Shown: one piece after another, positions 1 to 9,270 of the stretch
Position numbering within the stretch: the stretch's first letter is position 1
How the letters are laid out: the number at the start of each line of letters is the position of its first letter
DNA from: a plasmid
Strand: one strand, 5' to 3'
Length of the DNA: 64,000 nt
Sequence record: CP099787.1
Position numbers and translations under genes: made by a program
Notes under the pieces: model-generated
Databases searched by the model: none
What the model was told of the DNA's origin: nothing
The model's input: the letters and a program-made list of their open reading frames with translations, nothing else

Positions 1-3
1 AAA

Positions 4-207
4 GTGATCGAATGCTTTAAGGATGCTGGCTTAGACTTAAATTACATTGATGATAAGATAAGTGAATTTTCAGATTTAAGTAATTATGCTGCTCTACATC
101 AAGCATTACGTATTCTTGATGATAAGAATATAAATCGATTAGCAGATAAACTTGGTGTTTCGATTTCAGACCTTGAAACGACTTTGTTTGTTTTAAATAA
201 AATTTAA
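4..207 (+). CDS. 3' end of an unidentified gene running in from upstream of the window
   Basis: ORF track; the ORF runs to the window edge; followed by a terminator. Confidence 0.3.
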   Translation: MIECFKDAGLDLNYIDDKISEFSDLSNYAALHQALRILDDKNINRLADKLGVSISDLETTLFVLNKI

Positions 208-213
208 TTTTTA

Positions 214-246
214 AGAGGTTGTGTTAACACAACCTCTCTTTTTTAT
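214..246 (+). terminator. Rho-independent terminator
   Basis: Hairpin AGAGGTTGTGTTAACACAACCTCT followed by a T-run. Confidence 0.6.
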
Positions 247-299
247 TTCTTTAATTAAAGCTACATGGCTCTTTATCTTTATTGCTCAATTCTTAATTT

Positions 300-839
300 T
301 TATAAATTATTTTTCATAACCGAGTAAGTATATAACTGCTCCCAAGCCTCTAGTTTTAAAAACATCAGTGCTTTTTCATATGTAGCACCCTTAATATACA
401 TCCCTCCATCCTTGATCAATCCCTCTGACAAATTTTTCTCTATTTCATTTTGAGGTTCTAAATGCTCTTTTTTTAGGAAATCAATATGTTCTTGAATCAC
501 TAGGTTAAAGTTAATGCCTATATGGTTTAATCTTTCAGTCTGACTTAACTGATCATCATTTAAATCATAAGTAGTTAAAAAAGCTATCTCCTTGCTTCTA
601 GCTACATTATGTTTTGCTACCGCAATGTAAAGTGAATGGCCTGTGACAATATTTGTGATTTTAGAATAATATGATTCAGGAAAATCTTTAATCAATTTCT
701 TAGCATTTGGATCTGTTGGCAAATTTTTATAATTTAGTTCTACAAATAGATAATTGTTTTTAAAACTTCTGTTTAAATTCATTTTCATACTCCATAAGCT
801 TTTCAGCTCATCTATAGAAACCAGCCTATCCGATTTCAC
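300..839 (-). CDS. hypothetical protein; true start probably ATG near 788 (MKMNLN...). The ORF-track N-terminal extension reads through the conserved 5' UTR hairpin
   Basis: UTR hairpin plus SD GGAG then AUG at about 788; upstream region is repeat copy A. Confidence 0.5.
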   Translation of the reverse strand: MKSDRLVSIDELKSLWSMKMNLNRSFKNNYLFVELNYKNLPTDPNAKKLIKDFPESYYSKITNIVTGHSLYIAVAKHNVARSKEIAFLTTYDLNDDQLSQTERLNHIGINFNLVIQEHIDFLKKEHLEPQNEIEKNLSEGLIKDGGMYIKGATYEKALMFLKLEAWEQLYTYSVMKNNL

Positions 840-844
840 CCCTT

Positions 845-885
845 AATTATACTACATTTCATGTCTTTTTATTAAGAAAAAACAT
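845..885 (-). promoter_or_regulatory. sigma70-like promoter, -10 TAGTATAAT (plus-strand 847-855); predicted TSS at the conserved GAAAUCGGAUAGGCUGG
   Basis: Perfect TATAAT read on the minus strand; the same -10 box recurs at 11366, 15268 and 20710. Confidence 0.5.
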
Positions 886-923
886 ATATTTAGTGTATTT
901 TTTCGTGTTATAAAAGACATTTG

Positions 924-1102
924 CAGAGCAACGTGTCCACGTTGCGAACTGATGAAATTTGCGAGCATCCCCCTCCTTGATTACCGTTTCAAACTTCGAG
1001 CGAGTCAGTCAAAATCTGTGATTTTGACTAGACGACCGAAGAAGTGAAACTTCTCCCATTGGACCTTATCCGGTAATAACAAAGCAATCCCGCAGGGTTG
1101 CG
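924..1102 (-). repeat. Repeat copy A of the ~180-bp structured leader element; the extended A/C homology block spans about 796-1170
   Basis: Near-identical to 12964-13142 and 15358-15527; contains perfect hairpins GCAACGTG/CACGTTGC, GTCAAAATC/GATTTTGAC and GAAGT/ACTTC. Confidence 0.85.
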
Positions 1103-1404
1103 ACAAATAGCCCTCTAAATCGCTCTAATTGCCCCTAGATTCAATTTTAAAGATAAACAGCATCCGATCATGCTGCGTTAGGGATGTTGCCCGTAAGGGG
1201 CGAAATACAAGCGTAAAAAAAGAGGATTTGAATCGAGTATTAAAATCAGGTTCAGGCTTTGCATGAAACTAGATTTTAAACTCGATGGATCCTCTTTTTC
1301 GCTTGGAGTTCGAGCGAAGCCAACTAGCCCGGCCCGTAGGGAACGCCAAAATATTTCCAACAGATATTAAATTATTGTGAAGACACCTGGCTAATTACCA
1401 CACA

Positions 1405-1944
1405 CTAAAGATCATGAATTTGTTTCTGATACCAAATTTTGTTTTCGGCTAGAGCTTGATTGAGACGTTTATTTTTAACTAAATCAAGTATTTCCTTTTG
1501 CTCATGATAGGTTATAAGATTGTCTATCTTTGCTTTATTAATTATTTCTCTTACGTCAGGTTCATTCTTGTATTTTTCATAATAATGATTCGAAATTAGA
1601 TCTTCCATTGCATCGTTTGAGACAGGTTTTTTTGCTAAATAATTATCTACACATTTTTTTAATGGTTGTGTATCTACACTTGATTTCAAGACATACCTTG
1701 TTTCCTTATTTAATTCAATTTTAACAAGCGAAAGTTGACTGATATTAATTACATCCATGCAATTATCGTAAATTTCTGAACTTAATTGATCAATTTCTAG
1801 CGACTCAATCGGATAATTGCTTGCTACATAATCTTTTATTTCTTTTTCTACAACCAATTTTTTTAAGGTATTAAGACTATCTTTTGTCATACAACCAGAT
1901 AATATCGAAGCAATGGCGATCATTACAGCTAGTTTTTTCATCAA
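1405..1944 (-). CDS. lipoprotein (lipobox LSGC), paralogue of the next gene
   Basis: Signal peptide plus Cys; C-terminal block similar to 1991-2554 (CVDNYLAKKPVS... vs CVDDYLVKTPIS...). Confidence 0.55.
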   Translation of the reverse strand: MMKKLAVMIAIASILSGCMTKDSLNTLKKLVVEKEIKDYVASNYPIESLEIDQLSSEIYDNCMDVINISQLSLVKIELNKETRYVLKSSVDTQPLKKCVDNYLAKKPVSNDAMEDLISNHYYEKYKNEPDVREIINKAKIDNLITYHEQKEILDLVKNKRLNQALAENKIWYQKQIHDL

Positions 1945-1990
1945 ATTCTCCTAAAGCTCTTCAGCTCTTTAATGCTCTGATAAGCTACTT

Positions 1991-2554
1991 TTAAAGACTT
2001 TGAAAGTCATGTTGGTATGCAGCTTTACCCAAATCAATTTCATGGTCGTAATGTTTCTTCAACACTAGTCCAAGTATTGTCTGGTATTCATAATAGCTGA
2101 TTAAATGATCAGCTTTAGCGTTATCAATTAACGAACGTACTTCAGGATCATTTTTGAATTGCTCAACTCTTGTATCCTCTTTCAGATTTTTCATTGACTC
2201 TTCTGAAATTGGGGTTTTTACCAAATAATCGTCAACACATGATTTGAGATCATTAATATTCACATCTTTATCTAAAACATATTCAGACTCGATACTTCTG
2301 ATAGATAATTTAACCCTCTGTTTCTTGATCATCCTTTTATTAATATTCAAATATTTACTACAAGTACTATATATCGATGGAGTTACATTTTTTATGTCGC
2401 TTATTACAATCATCGAATATTGATCTTGAAGGTACGTATTGATAGTTTTTTCTACAATTTCTTCTTTTGCAAAAGCAAAATCTTCGTCACTCATGCACCC
2501 GGATAAAGCTAATACCAGGGCAAATATTAGAGGTATATTTTTCATCAGTATCAC
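1991..2554 (-). CDS. lipoprotein (lipobox LSGC), tandem paralogue; start likely ATG at about 2545
   Basis: Signal peptide plus lipobox; similarity to 1405-1944. Confidence 0.55.
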   Translation of the reverse strand: MILMKNIPLIFALVLALSGCMSDEDFAFAKEEIVEKTINTYLQDQYSMIVISDIKNVTPSIYSTCSKYLNINKRMIKKQRVKLSIRSIESEYVLDKDVNINDLKSCVDDYLVKTPISEESMKNLKEDTRVEQFKNDPEVRSLIDNAKADHLISYYEYQTILGLVLKKHYDHEIDLGKAAYQHDFQSL

Positions 2555-2625
2555 CTTAAGCCTTAGAGCTCCAGTATGAAAATTAAGTCCTATCTAGACT
2601 GATAAGACCTATTTAAAGCTGAACA

Positions 2626-3174
2626 TTAAATTTTTTTATTTGGCCTAATAACAATTTGAGCCAAAGTATCCTGGGATCTATCAATTATGTTTTCGGAAAT
2701 ATTCAATACTTTTAAAGCCTCAAGTCCAAAATAACTTCTCACATAATTATTCCCGTCAGATGTTGTTAAGAATCTTAAAGTGTCAATTGCAGCAACAAAA
2801 AAGAGTATCTGAAAAGTGATTTCCGCTAATTGCCCTAAATAAGCATAACGTTCATGATTTGATGCGCTTTCTAACGCACCAACAATTTTCTGGATATCAT
2901 CAAAGGGAATCATAATTGAGCAACATAGAATACCCATGATGAAAAAAGCAGGAAGGAGTTCAAGGCATTTACTAAAAGCATTCAGAAAATGCATCACTAA
3001 TGGCCAAACATGTTTTTTTAAAAAAACTAAATCCGTATAAGCCTTCTTTACAATACTGAAGTATTCTTTAGCAGATAAAGTTCCAACAATTTCATTATTG
3101 AAGTCAACAGCATAGCTAAATTTAGATTTATTCATAACCTCTCCATAAGCCCTTCGGCTCGTTAAATAATTCAA
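2626..3174 (-). CDS. membrane protein; true start likely about 3132 (MNKSKF...)
   Basis: Hydrophobic segments; UTR hairpin plus SD inside the track's N-terminal extension. Confidence 0.45.
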   Translation of the reverse strand: MNYLTSRRAYGEVMNKSKFSYAVDFNNEIVGTLSAKEYFSIVKKAYTDLVFLKKHVWPLVMHFLNAFSKCLELLPAFFIMGILCCSIMIPFDDIQKIVGALESASNHERYAYLGQLAEITFQILFFVAAIDTLRFLTTSDGNNYVRSYFGLEALKVLNISENIIDRSQDTLAQIVIRPNKKI

Positions 3175-3804
3175 TTATTTATTATCAACTTTTTCACAGT
3201 ATGCTTTGATCTTTGCAAAGTCTTTATTTGATAGGTTTTCAATGTCATTAGACTTATGACCATTCTCTTTTAACCAGGTTTTGCAATCGACAACGATTTC
3301 TTTTGTTTCAACTGAAGAGTTTGATGCATGACTATTTGAAGAGCCGGACACGATCCAAGCTAACAACATCCAAGTCATCCAATCATTTGAAGATTTATAC
3401 TTTTGATGTTGTTCATGTTTAAATCTATCATAGCTGCTTAGGCTATTATTTTGCACCGGATACGGTTTTTGAACAGCTTGTTTTACTTCAGTACTTTTCA
3501 CTACCGGTTTAACTGTTTTGGTTGTCGGATTAGATTTGGAGGTGGTATTAGCCACTGGTTTATATGTGGTGGTTGCTGAAGGTTTAGAAGGTGTGTAGCT
3601 TGGTTTACTTATGCTACTACTTGGTCGAGAAGTATAGGAGCTCGGAGAGCTTGAAGAATATGATTTACTACTCGATGATGATGAATACGAGCTTCTGCTT
3701 GATGAAGAGCTGTAACTAGATCTAGAAGCAGCATAGCTGGTAGAAACTAATGTTGAAACACTTAAACCAACTACAACAGCTTTAATAAAATAATTAATTT
3801 TCAT
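3175..3804 (-). CDS. secreted Ser/Tyr-rich low-complexity protein
   Basis: Signal peptide, then SSYSSSSSRSSYSSSSSSKSYSSSSPSSYTSRPSSS repeats. Confidence 0.5.
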   Translation of the reverse strand: MKINYFIKAVVVGLSVSTLVSTSYAASRSSYSSSSSRSSYSSSSSSKSYSSSSPSSYTSRPSSSISKPSYTPSKPSATTTYKPVANTTSKSNPTTKTVKPVVKSTEVKQAVQKPYPVQNNSLSSYDRFKHEQHQKYKSSNDWMTWMLLAWIVSGSSNSHASNSSVETKEIVVDCKTWLKENGHKSNDIENLSNKDFAKIKAYCEKVDNK

Positions 3805-3975
3805 AGGTAATCCTCTTAACTTAATACCCGGTGCATAACATTGAATGATCTATTGGGTTTTCAACTTTTGGATCTAAAATTTGATCACAAAGTGAACAAT
3901 GGTACTTCTCTGCCTTAATGAGAATTTTTTTGACATTCCCGCCTAAGCCTAAAGACAATATGTCTTCTTCCTTTT

Positions 3976-4548
3976 TTACTTCTGGATGCTTTGTTTCCAT
4001 GTAAATGCCTCCTGAGCTTTAATCGAAATATCAAGGTCAACTAATAACAAACTCAATTTATTCTTTGTTGTTCGTAAATCCTCGATACTACTTATTGAAA
4101 TTTCATCTGTTTTATTTTTATCGCTAGTAAAATTACCCATTTTTAAAATTTCAGAAATTTGATTATTAAAATCCCATCTAATAATTAAAATATCATGTAC
4201 TATTAGCTTGTTACTCTTTCTCAATTTTGCCTTAACATTCTCAACATATTCTGGATAAACAGATAATATGTTTATTAGAGTTAAAACCCCATCATCCGTT
4301 AGCTTTCTTGAAAGATCCTCAATTTTATTAATCTTTATCATAAAAGTTGCAAAAGTTAATCCAGCTAAAGCAATTGAAGCTAGTTTCAAGGTATATGTGA
4401 CTTCATCTATAAAAAAATTCTGATTAAATGCGAATATTAAAAATACTATTGACACCAATATTGCGAGCCAATAATTATTCAACAATTCTTTAAAATTCAT
4501 TTTGAAGAAATCTTTAGATGTAGGAGAATTCAATAATAAATTTTCCAT
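3976..4548 (-). CDS. membrane protein (2-3 TM)
   Basis: ORF with SD AGAGG; hydrophobic stretches. Confidence 0.45.
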   Translation of the reverse strand: MENLLLNSPTSKDFFKMNFKELLNNYWLAILVSIVFLIFAFNQNFFIDEVTYTLKLASIALAGLTFATFMIKINKIEDLSRKLTDDGVLTLINILSVYPEYVENVKAKLRKSNKLIVHDILIIRWDFNNQISEILKMGNFTSDKNKTDEISISSIEDLRTTKNKLSLLLVDLDISIKAQEAFTWKQSIQK

Positions 4549-4552
4549 ATTT

Positions 4553-4810
4553 CTACCTCTTTTTTAAAATTTGACTATTATTTGAAGGGCATACCCAACC
4601 TTTTATTTCAGTTGATGTACCGTCTTTCGGAGAAGTTATATAACCTACTGTTTTATATAAGCATGGCTCACCTTGAGCACTAACTTTAGGCCATAAAGCT
4701 GCTTGGATATGATCAAAATGTTTAATGAAAACAAATATAAAGAAGAGAAAAATAGCTATTATAAAAATAGTAGCTATTTTATTTTCAAAGCAATGTAGTT
4801 CACTTTTCAT
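4553..4810 (-). CDS. small membrane protein
   Basis: ORF preceded by UTR hairpin plus SD. Confidence 0.45.
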   Translation of the reverse strand: MKSELHCFENKIATIFIIAIFLFFIFVFIKHFDHIQAALWPKVSAQGEPCLYKTVGYITSPKDGTSTEIKGWVCPSNNSQILKKR

Positions 4811-4914
4811 GAGAACACCTTAAGCTTTTCAGCTCATCAATCTATTAATACTTTCAGTACCAATAATACAATATATCGGATTATATTTTAATCATTTTAT
4901 TTAAAAATTAATCC

Positions 4915-6195
4915 TTAATTATGCTTATAATATGGCTCAATCATTTTTCTAATTTTATTTCTCAGTTCATATTGCCTTAATTCAGATAAACCGTTAAGTA
5001 TGCCAAAAGGGATTAAAATAAATAAAAACCAATAAACTACGGCTTTATAATAAAAGTTCCAAAAGCCACTAAAATTATCATTCTTTTTTGTGATTCCTAA
5101 AGCATACTCATACGAATACTTAATATCAGGATTAATAGAAAAAGTAATATCATCCCTTTTTAAATCTGCTAACTGCAAAAGTATGGTATAACCTTTTTGA
5201 ATAGCCTCCCTATTCTGTGGTGTCAAAGTTCGTGAACCGTTCAAATATTCTACTAAAACGTCCTGTGATTTATTATATGTTTGAACCGTACTTTCATAAT
5301 TTTTTAGAAAGAATTCTTTGTTATGTTTTCCTATTGTTGAAGAAGGATTTGAACCATTCACCATGTTATAAACATCAAGTGCTGCAAAATGAACTGGTTC
5401 TTTAATTTCGCTTTTATTATCACCTAACGTTAGTAATCCCGCTACAAGAAGAACAAGTACAAAAATTATGACGCAAACATAATTTACTAAAGATAAGTCT
5501 CTGATATTGAATTTGTCATATTTTTCAGGGTCTTTAGAAATTTCTATCAGGGCCTTATTATCACTCTGTAAAGCTTTAATAGAATAATTGGTGTTCCACA
5601 TATCCCCGTGTGTCTTCGCTATATCAAAGTTACCCAATTTATCTTTAGCAAGATTAATAGCCATATCGAAAGACTTAAGGCTTAAGTCATTGTTCACAAT
5701 TTGCAGGCTATTTAAATCATTAAGCTTAGATAGCTTTTTATACTCATCTTCATTATCAGAAGTCAGTTCACTTAATTTCTTTTGTAAGACCTCTCTAAGT
5801 CTTTGACGTAATTCAAAGTTCCTTTGATACTTTTGTTTTTCAGCAATACAACCTTCGATAAGTTCTTTAAGTTTTCGCTCTGTATTTTCATACTGCTTAA
5901 GAATTAAAGGTAGTACATATTTAGCTTTCTGTATTGCTTGTATATGTTTATAAACTAGTTCTTTATCGTAGACGTATAGAATAGATCTCTTACTTTTTTC
6001 AAATTGTTGAAATGTGAATGAAGACATTACGTTAAAGTAATCTTCATGGATTACACCCATTTTATATCCGCAATCTTGTAAGGTCGTAAGGGATTGCGGA
6101 TGACCTGGTAAATCCTGAATTTCACTTAATAATGAGTCTAGTTCGTTTTCATTAATGAAATTTGTTTTTAATGCAGATAAGTACTTAGTGTTCAT
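4915..6195 (-). CDS. hypothetical protein with a central TM segment; possible TelB/KlaC-like partner of the TelA-like gene
   Basis: Position immediately downstream of the TelA-like gene; TM helix; no motif recognised. Confidence 0.35.
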   Translation of the reverse strand: MNTKYLSALKTNFINENELDSLLSEIQDLPGHPQSLTTLQDCGYKMGVIHEDYFNVMSSFTFQQFEKSKRSILYVYDKELVYKHIQAIQKAKYVLPLILKQYENTERKLKELIEGCIAEKQKYQRNFELRQRLREVLQKKLSELTSDNEDEYKKLSKLNDLNSLQIVNNDLSLKSFDMAINLAKDKLGNFDIAKTHGDMWNTNYSIKALQSDNKALIEISKDPEKYDKFNIRDLSLVNYVCVIIFVLVLLVAGLLTLGDNKSEIKEPVHFAALDVYNMVNGSNPSSTIGKHNKEFFLKNYESTVQTYNKSQDVLVEYLNGSRTLTPQNREAIQKGYTILLQLADLKRDDITFSINPDIKYSYEYALGITKKNDNFSGFWNFYYKAVVYWFLFILIPFGILNGLSELRQYELRNKIRKMIEPYYKHN

Positions 6196-6207
6196 AACAT
6201 TTCCCCG

Positions 6208-7311
6208 TTAATCTGCACTGATTTTTAATTGTTGCGGATCCGCAACGACCAGGCTTTTGAGCTGATCATTTAATTGTTGTGCCTGTAATTGTGTTTCTTT
6301 TCGCTTCTGAGCTGAAGTTTTGTTGATTGCCATAACTTCTTCAAAAGCAGTTAATGTATCAAGCTGCACCTTCTGAAGTGTCTCAATATCTATAACTTGG
6401 CGGTTGCTTTGTTTTGCAATATGAATTGAAGTTTCTTTAAAATCTTTCGCGCTTTCTAGAAGTGTTTCATTTGTGAAATTATCAATTTCCTCACCTAATT
6501 GTGAGTATTTCTTTTGATCTAAAATATTCAAGGCCAACATTAATTGTCTTTGCCAGGCTGGAATAGTTAAGCCAGATATAGTTTGGAACTTTTCAATTAA
6601 CGCAATATTATTGTTCTGCAAAAAAGTAATCTGAGGCAACGTTTGTAAGGCACTTAATCTCAACAATTCTAGATCCGTAATACGCTTATCTAAACGCTCT
6701 AAGATTTGTGAATATGCATTTGCTCTTTGCTTTGCTAGATCTGTACCTTCACTGTTAAGTGACTCAATCAAGCCAATAAGCTCATTTTTTTTATATCGAC
6801 CAGCTATGACAGCAAAACCTAGTTGAGTATAAACAGAAATTGTATGCTCAAATAATTTCGTCAAGCTATCATTATTTAATTGCAACCCTTTTTGAGCTTC
6901 TGCTACTTGCAATAAATTATCATTTAATTGTGATTCTACTGTCTTAAATTTAGTAATAAGCCTGTCTTTTGAATTACCAATTTTTGCTAACAGCCCCCCT
7001 ATCAACGGTATATTTGATTTATCACTACCAATGGAAAAGTCTGTTCTTTTTAATTTTACAGTAATATCCGTCATTAATTCTCCCATAACTCCCAACTGAT
7101 CATTAGTAACTAATGACAGCATTTGGTTAGAAAGATCAGCTAACGAATCACGGTTATTAGCCCCCAACTCAAGTACCTTTTGTGGGTTCTTAATTAGATC
7201 TAAGTTTTCAACTATTGCTAAAACTTCATCTTTTCTATCAATATCAAGATCAAGTTTTTCCATTTCATTTTCAATTGAAAATACTTGTGTTGTTAATTCA
7301 TTATTTAGCAT
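6208..7311 (-). CDS. TelA/KlaB-like toxic-anion-resistance family protein (tentative)
   Basis: Size (~367 aa) and coiled-coil-rich composition recalling the TelA family; the 16-bp palindrome lies in-frame at its 3' end (VADPQQ). Confidence 0.4.
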   Translation of the reverse strand: MLNNELTTQVFSIENEMEKLDLDIDRKDEVLAIVENLDLIKNPQKVLELGANNRDSLADLSNQMLSLVTNDQLGVMGELMTDITVKLKRTDFSIGSDKSNIPLIGGLLAKIGNSKDRLITKFKTVESQLNDNLLQVAEAQKGLQLNNDSLTKLFEHTISVYTQLGFAVIAGRYKKNELIGLIESLNSEGTDLAKQRANAYSQILERLDKRITDLELLRLSALQTLPQITFLQNNNIALIEKFQTISGLTIPAWQRQLMLALNILDQKKYSQLGEEIDNFTNETLLESAKDFKETSIHIAKQSNRQVIDIETLQKVQLDTLTAFEEVMAINKTSAQKRKETQLQAQQLNDQLKSLVVADPQQLKISAD

Positions 7312-7346
7312 TTTAAAACTCCTTAAGTCTTACGACTCGCAATTAC

Positions 7347-7625
7347 TCACCAGTTTATTAACTGAAGAAAAAGATTAAACGTTGTAAAGAGAACCATTGC
7401 AATGGTAGAAATTAGAAGAAGCAAAGAGATTGTACTATCATCATCATCACCATAAATCAAAGATATAAAATAAAGTCCAAAGCTAAGTATTATTAGAATA
7501 ATATTTCTAAATACTACTTCGTCCCATATATACCTAATGAAAAATATTAAAGCAGCGTATGCAAGTAGGACGATTAAAACTCCGATCGAGAACCGAAGGA
7601 TTTTGGCAAGTTTTTTCATAAACAC
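7347..7625 (-). CDS. small membrane protein
   Basis: Two TM helices; UTR hairpin plus SD upstream. Confidence 0.45.
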   Translation of the reverse strand: MFMKKLAKILRFSIGVLIVLLAYAALIFFIRYIWDEVVFRNIILIILSFGLYFISLIYGDDDDSTISLLLLISTIAMVLFTTFNLFLQLINW

Positions 7626-7657
7626 CTCAAGCTTTGCAGCTCTACTTTCAACATATT

Positions 7658-7891
7658 TTATTTAACCGGATATACGGGTAATTGTCCTTTTTCACAGCTA
7701 TAGGATCTTCGCTCTTTTACCTCTGAACCAAACTTAACGCTAATAATTTCGTTACCAGCATCATGTTTTAAACGCTTAAGTACTTCTTTTTTACACTCTT
7801 GTTCTGATTGGAACGGTATCGTATAAACAGCATGTTTATTCGGAGAGAAAATATTAATAACCAAGAACCAGGCACTAACCCATTTAACCAT
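7658..7891 (-). CDS. small hypothetical protein
   Basis: ORF track only. Confidence 0.3.
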   Translation of the reverse strand: MVKWVSAWFLVINIFSPNKHAVYTIPFQSEQECKKEVLKRLKHDAGNEIISVKFGSEVKERRSYSCEKGQLPVYPVK

Positions 7892-7905
7892 TTTTTAATC
7901 ACTAC

Positions 7906-9135
7906 TTATAAAGATGACCAATAAACCAACTGCCCAGGTACTTCTTTCTTTTTCCAAAATAAGTTGTCCGGCAAGTACTCTTCACTTAAATAACAAACTG
8001 CGTAAAGTATTTCTGCATAGCAGTGAAGTTTTGTTTCACTTCTTGAATAAGCTGAGAATGTAGGTGTATTTAATAGTGCATAACCGTTTGAAGTAACGGT
8101 ATATTTATGTCTACTATCAACTATGTTTGTTCCATACAATTGCATTGCATAATCTAAAGTATCTGGTTGAAATACAGGAAAACCGGATACATAACGGTTT
8201 CTTAAATCGTCATCTACTGTTTTTGGATCCGCCTCATATAACCAATAGGTATTTTCTGGTACAAAATCACAAATTGATTTCTGATAAACAAGTCCAGTTG
8301 CAATGCGTATATCTTCATTAAGTATATAATTTCGTACTTGATTGGCAGCACTTGGACTCTCACAGCTAATAATTAAATGTAGAGCTAATTTTCCATTGCT
8401 CTGATCAACTTGGCCGACACCTACGTTTGTACGTGTTCTTGGATATTTAATTACTTTCTCACGCACTGAGACATTTTGATTTTTTTCAGTACCAGAAATT
8501 CCAATCGCAAAATCAACTTTTTGGCCTGTCTTTAATTCAACATAATTAAAGAAGCTCGCAATAGATGTGACACTTGGTAAACCTGTTGCTATTAAATTAC
8601 TGCTTAAATTAGCATCATCAATAAAAACAGTTAAACAAAACTCATCATCAGGTAGTTTTGATTTACTAAATTCAATAGGTCTTAAAGTAATTTCAGGTGT
8701 ATTAAAGCTATTAATTTTTCCCTGTGAAATCTCAATTAACTCATTGTAATCAGAAAAGGATCTTTCTCGATCTTCAACTGTTACTTCTAAAAGTGCATTC
8801 CCATAGTCTTTATTTCTCTTATTAAGCTCATAGTAAATCCCAATTGCTGGCATCGGTGTGATTGCAACCGGCCCTAAGTCTTTAAGTGGAATTGAAACCT
8901 GCTTAACTTTAGAATCAACTAGATCAGGAATACCCTTAAACGTTGCACAATTTAATTCCTTAAAACAATTTTTACGCAAGCTTACAGTTTTAGAGCTTAT
9001 ATAGTTTAACGGTATATCAAATTGGATTTCTGCATAGATTGGACTATGCATAGACTTCTTATGGAACAAAGCTGGTGAGTGTGTAGCCTGTTTTGCTGTA
9101 GCAAGGAATTCTTCAGTATTAAAATTAATATTCAT
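7906..9135 (-). CDS. hypothetical protein (409 aa)
   Basis: Long ORF; SD GAGGA; preceded by a 17-codon uORF. Confidence 0.5.
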   Translation of the reverse strand: MNINFNTEEFLATAKQATHSPALFHKKSMHSPIYAEIQFDIPLNYISSKTVSLRKNCFKELNCATFKGIPDLVDSKVKQVSIPLKDLGPVAITPMPAIGIYYELNKRNKDYGNALLEVTVEDRERSFSDYNELIEISQGKINSFNTPEITLRPIEFSKSKLPDDEFCLTVFIDDANLSSNLIATGLPSVTSIASFFNYVELKTGQKVDFAIGISGTEKNQNVSVREKVIKYPRTRTNVGVGQVDQSNGKLALHLIISCESPSAANQVRNYILNEDIRIATGLVYQKSICDFVPENTYWLYEADPKTVDDDLRNRYVSGFPVFQPDTLDYAMQLYGTNIVDSRHKYTVTSNGYALLNTPTFSAYSRSETKLHCYAEILYAVCYLSEEYLPDNLFWKKKEVPGQLVYWSSL

Positions 9136-9136
9136 T

Positions 9137-9190
9137 TTAATCCTCGCTTTTAAATGTAATTAAACACATGTTGCAAGCTAACGATTTCAT
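9137..9190 (-). CDS. 17-codon upstream ORF (MKSLACNMCLITFKSED); its stop overlaps the SD of the downstream gene
   Basis: Carries the conserved UTR hairpin plus SD itself; stop TAA sits within GAGGATTAAAATG of the 7906-9135 gene. Confidence 0.35.
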   Translation of the reverse strand: MKSLACNMCLITFKSED

Positions 9191-9270
9191 AGTTTCTCCT
9201 TAAGCTCTTCAGCTCTATAGCTTTTTGAATTATTAAATAAACAAGGAGGTCGCCCCCCTTGTTAGTTGTT

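Noticed and set aside
1178-1360. 60-aa ORF inside the tail of repeat copy A
   Set aside because: No RBS; it lies in a hairpin-rich non-coding repeat and is probably spurious.
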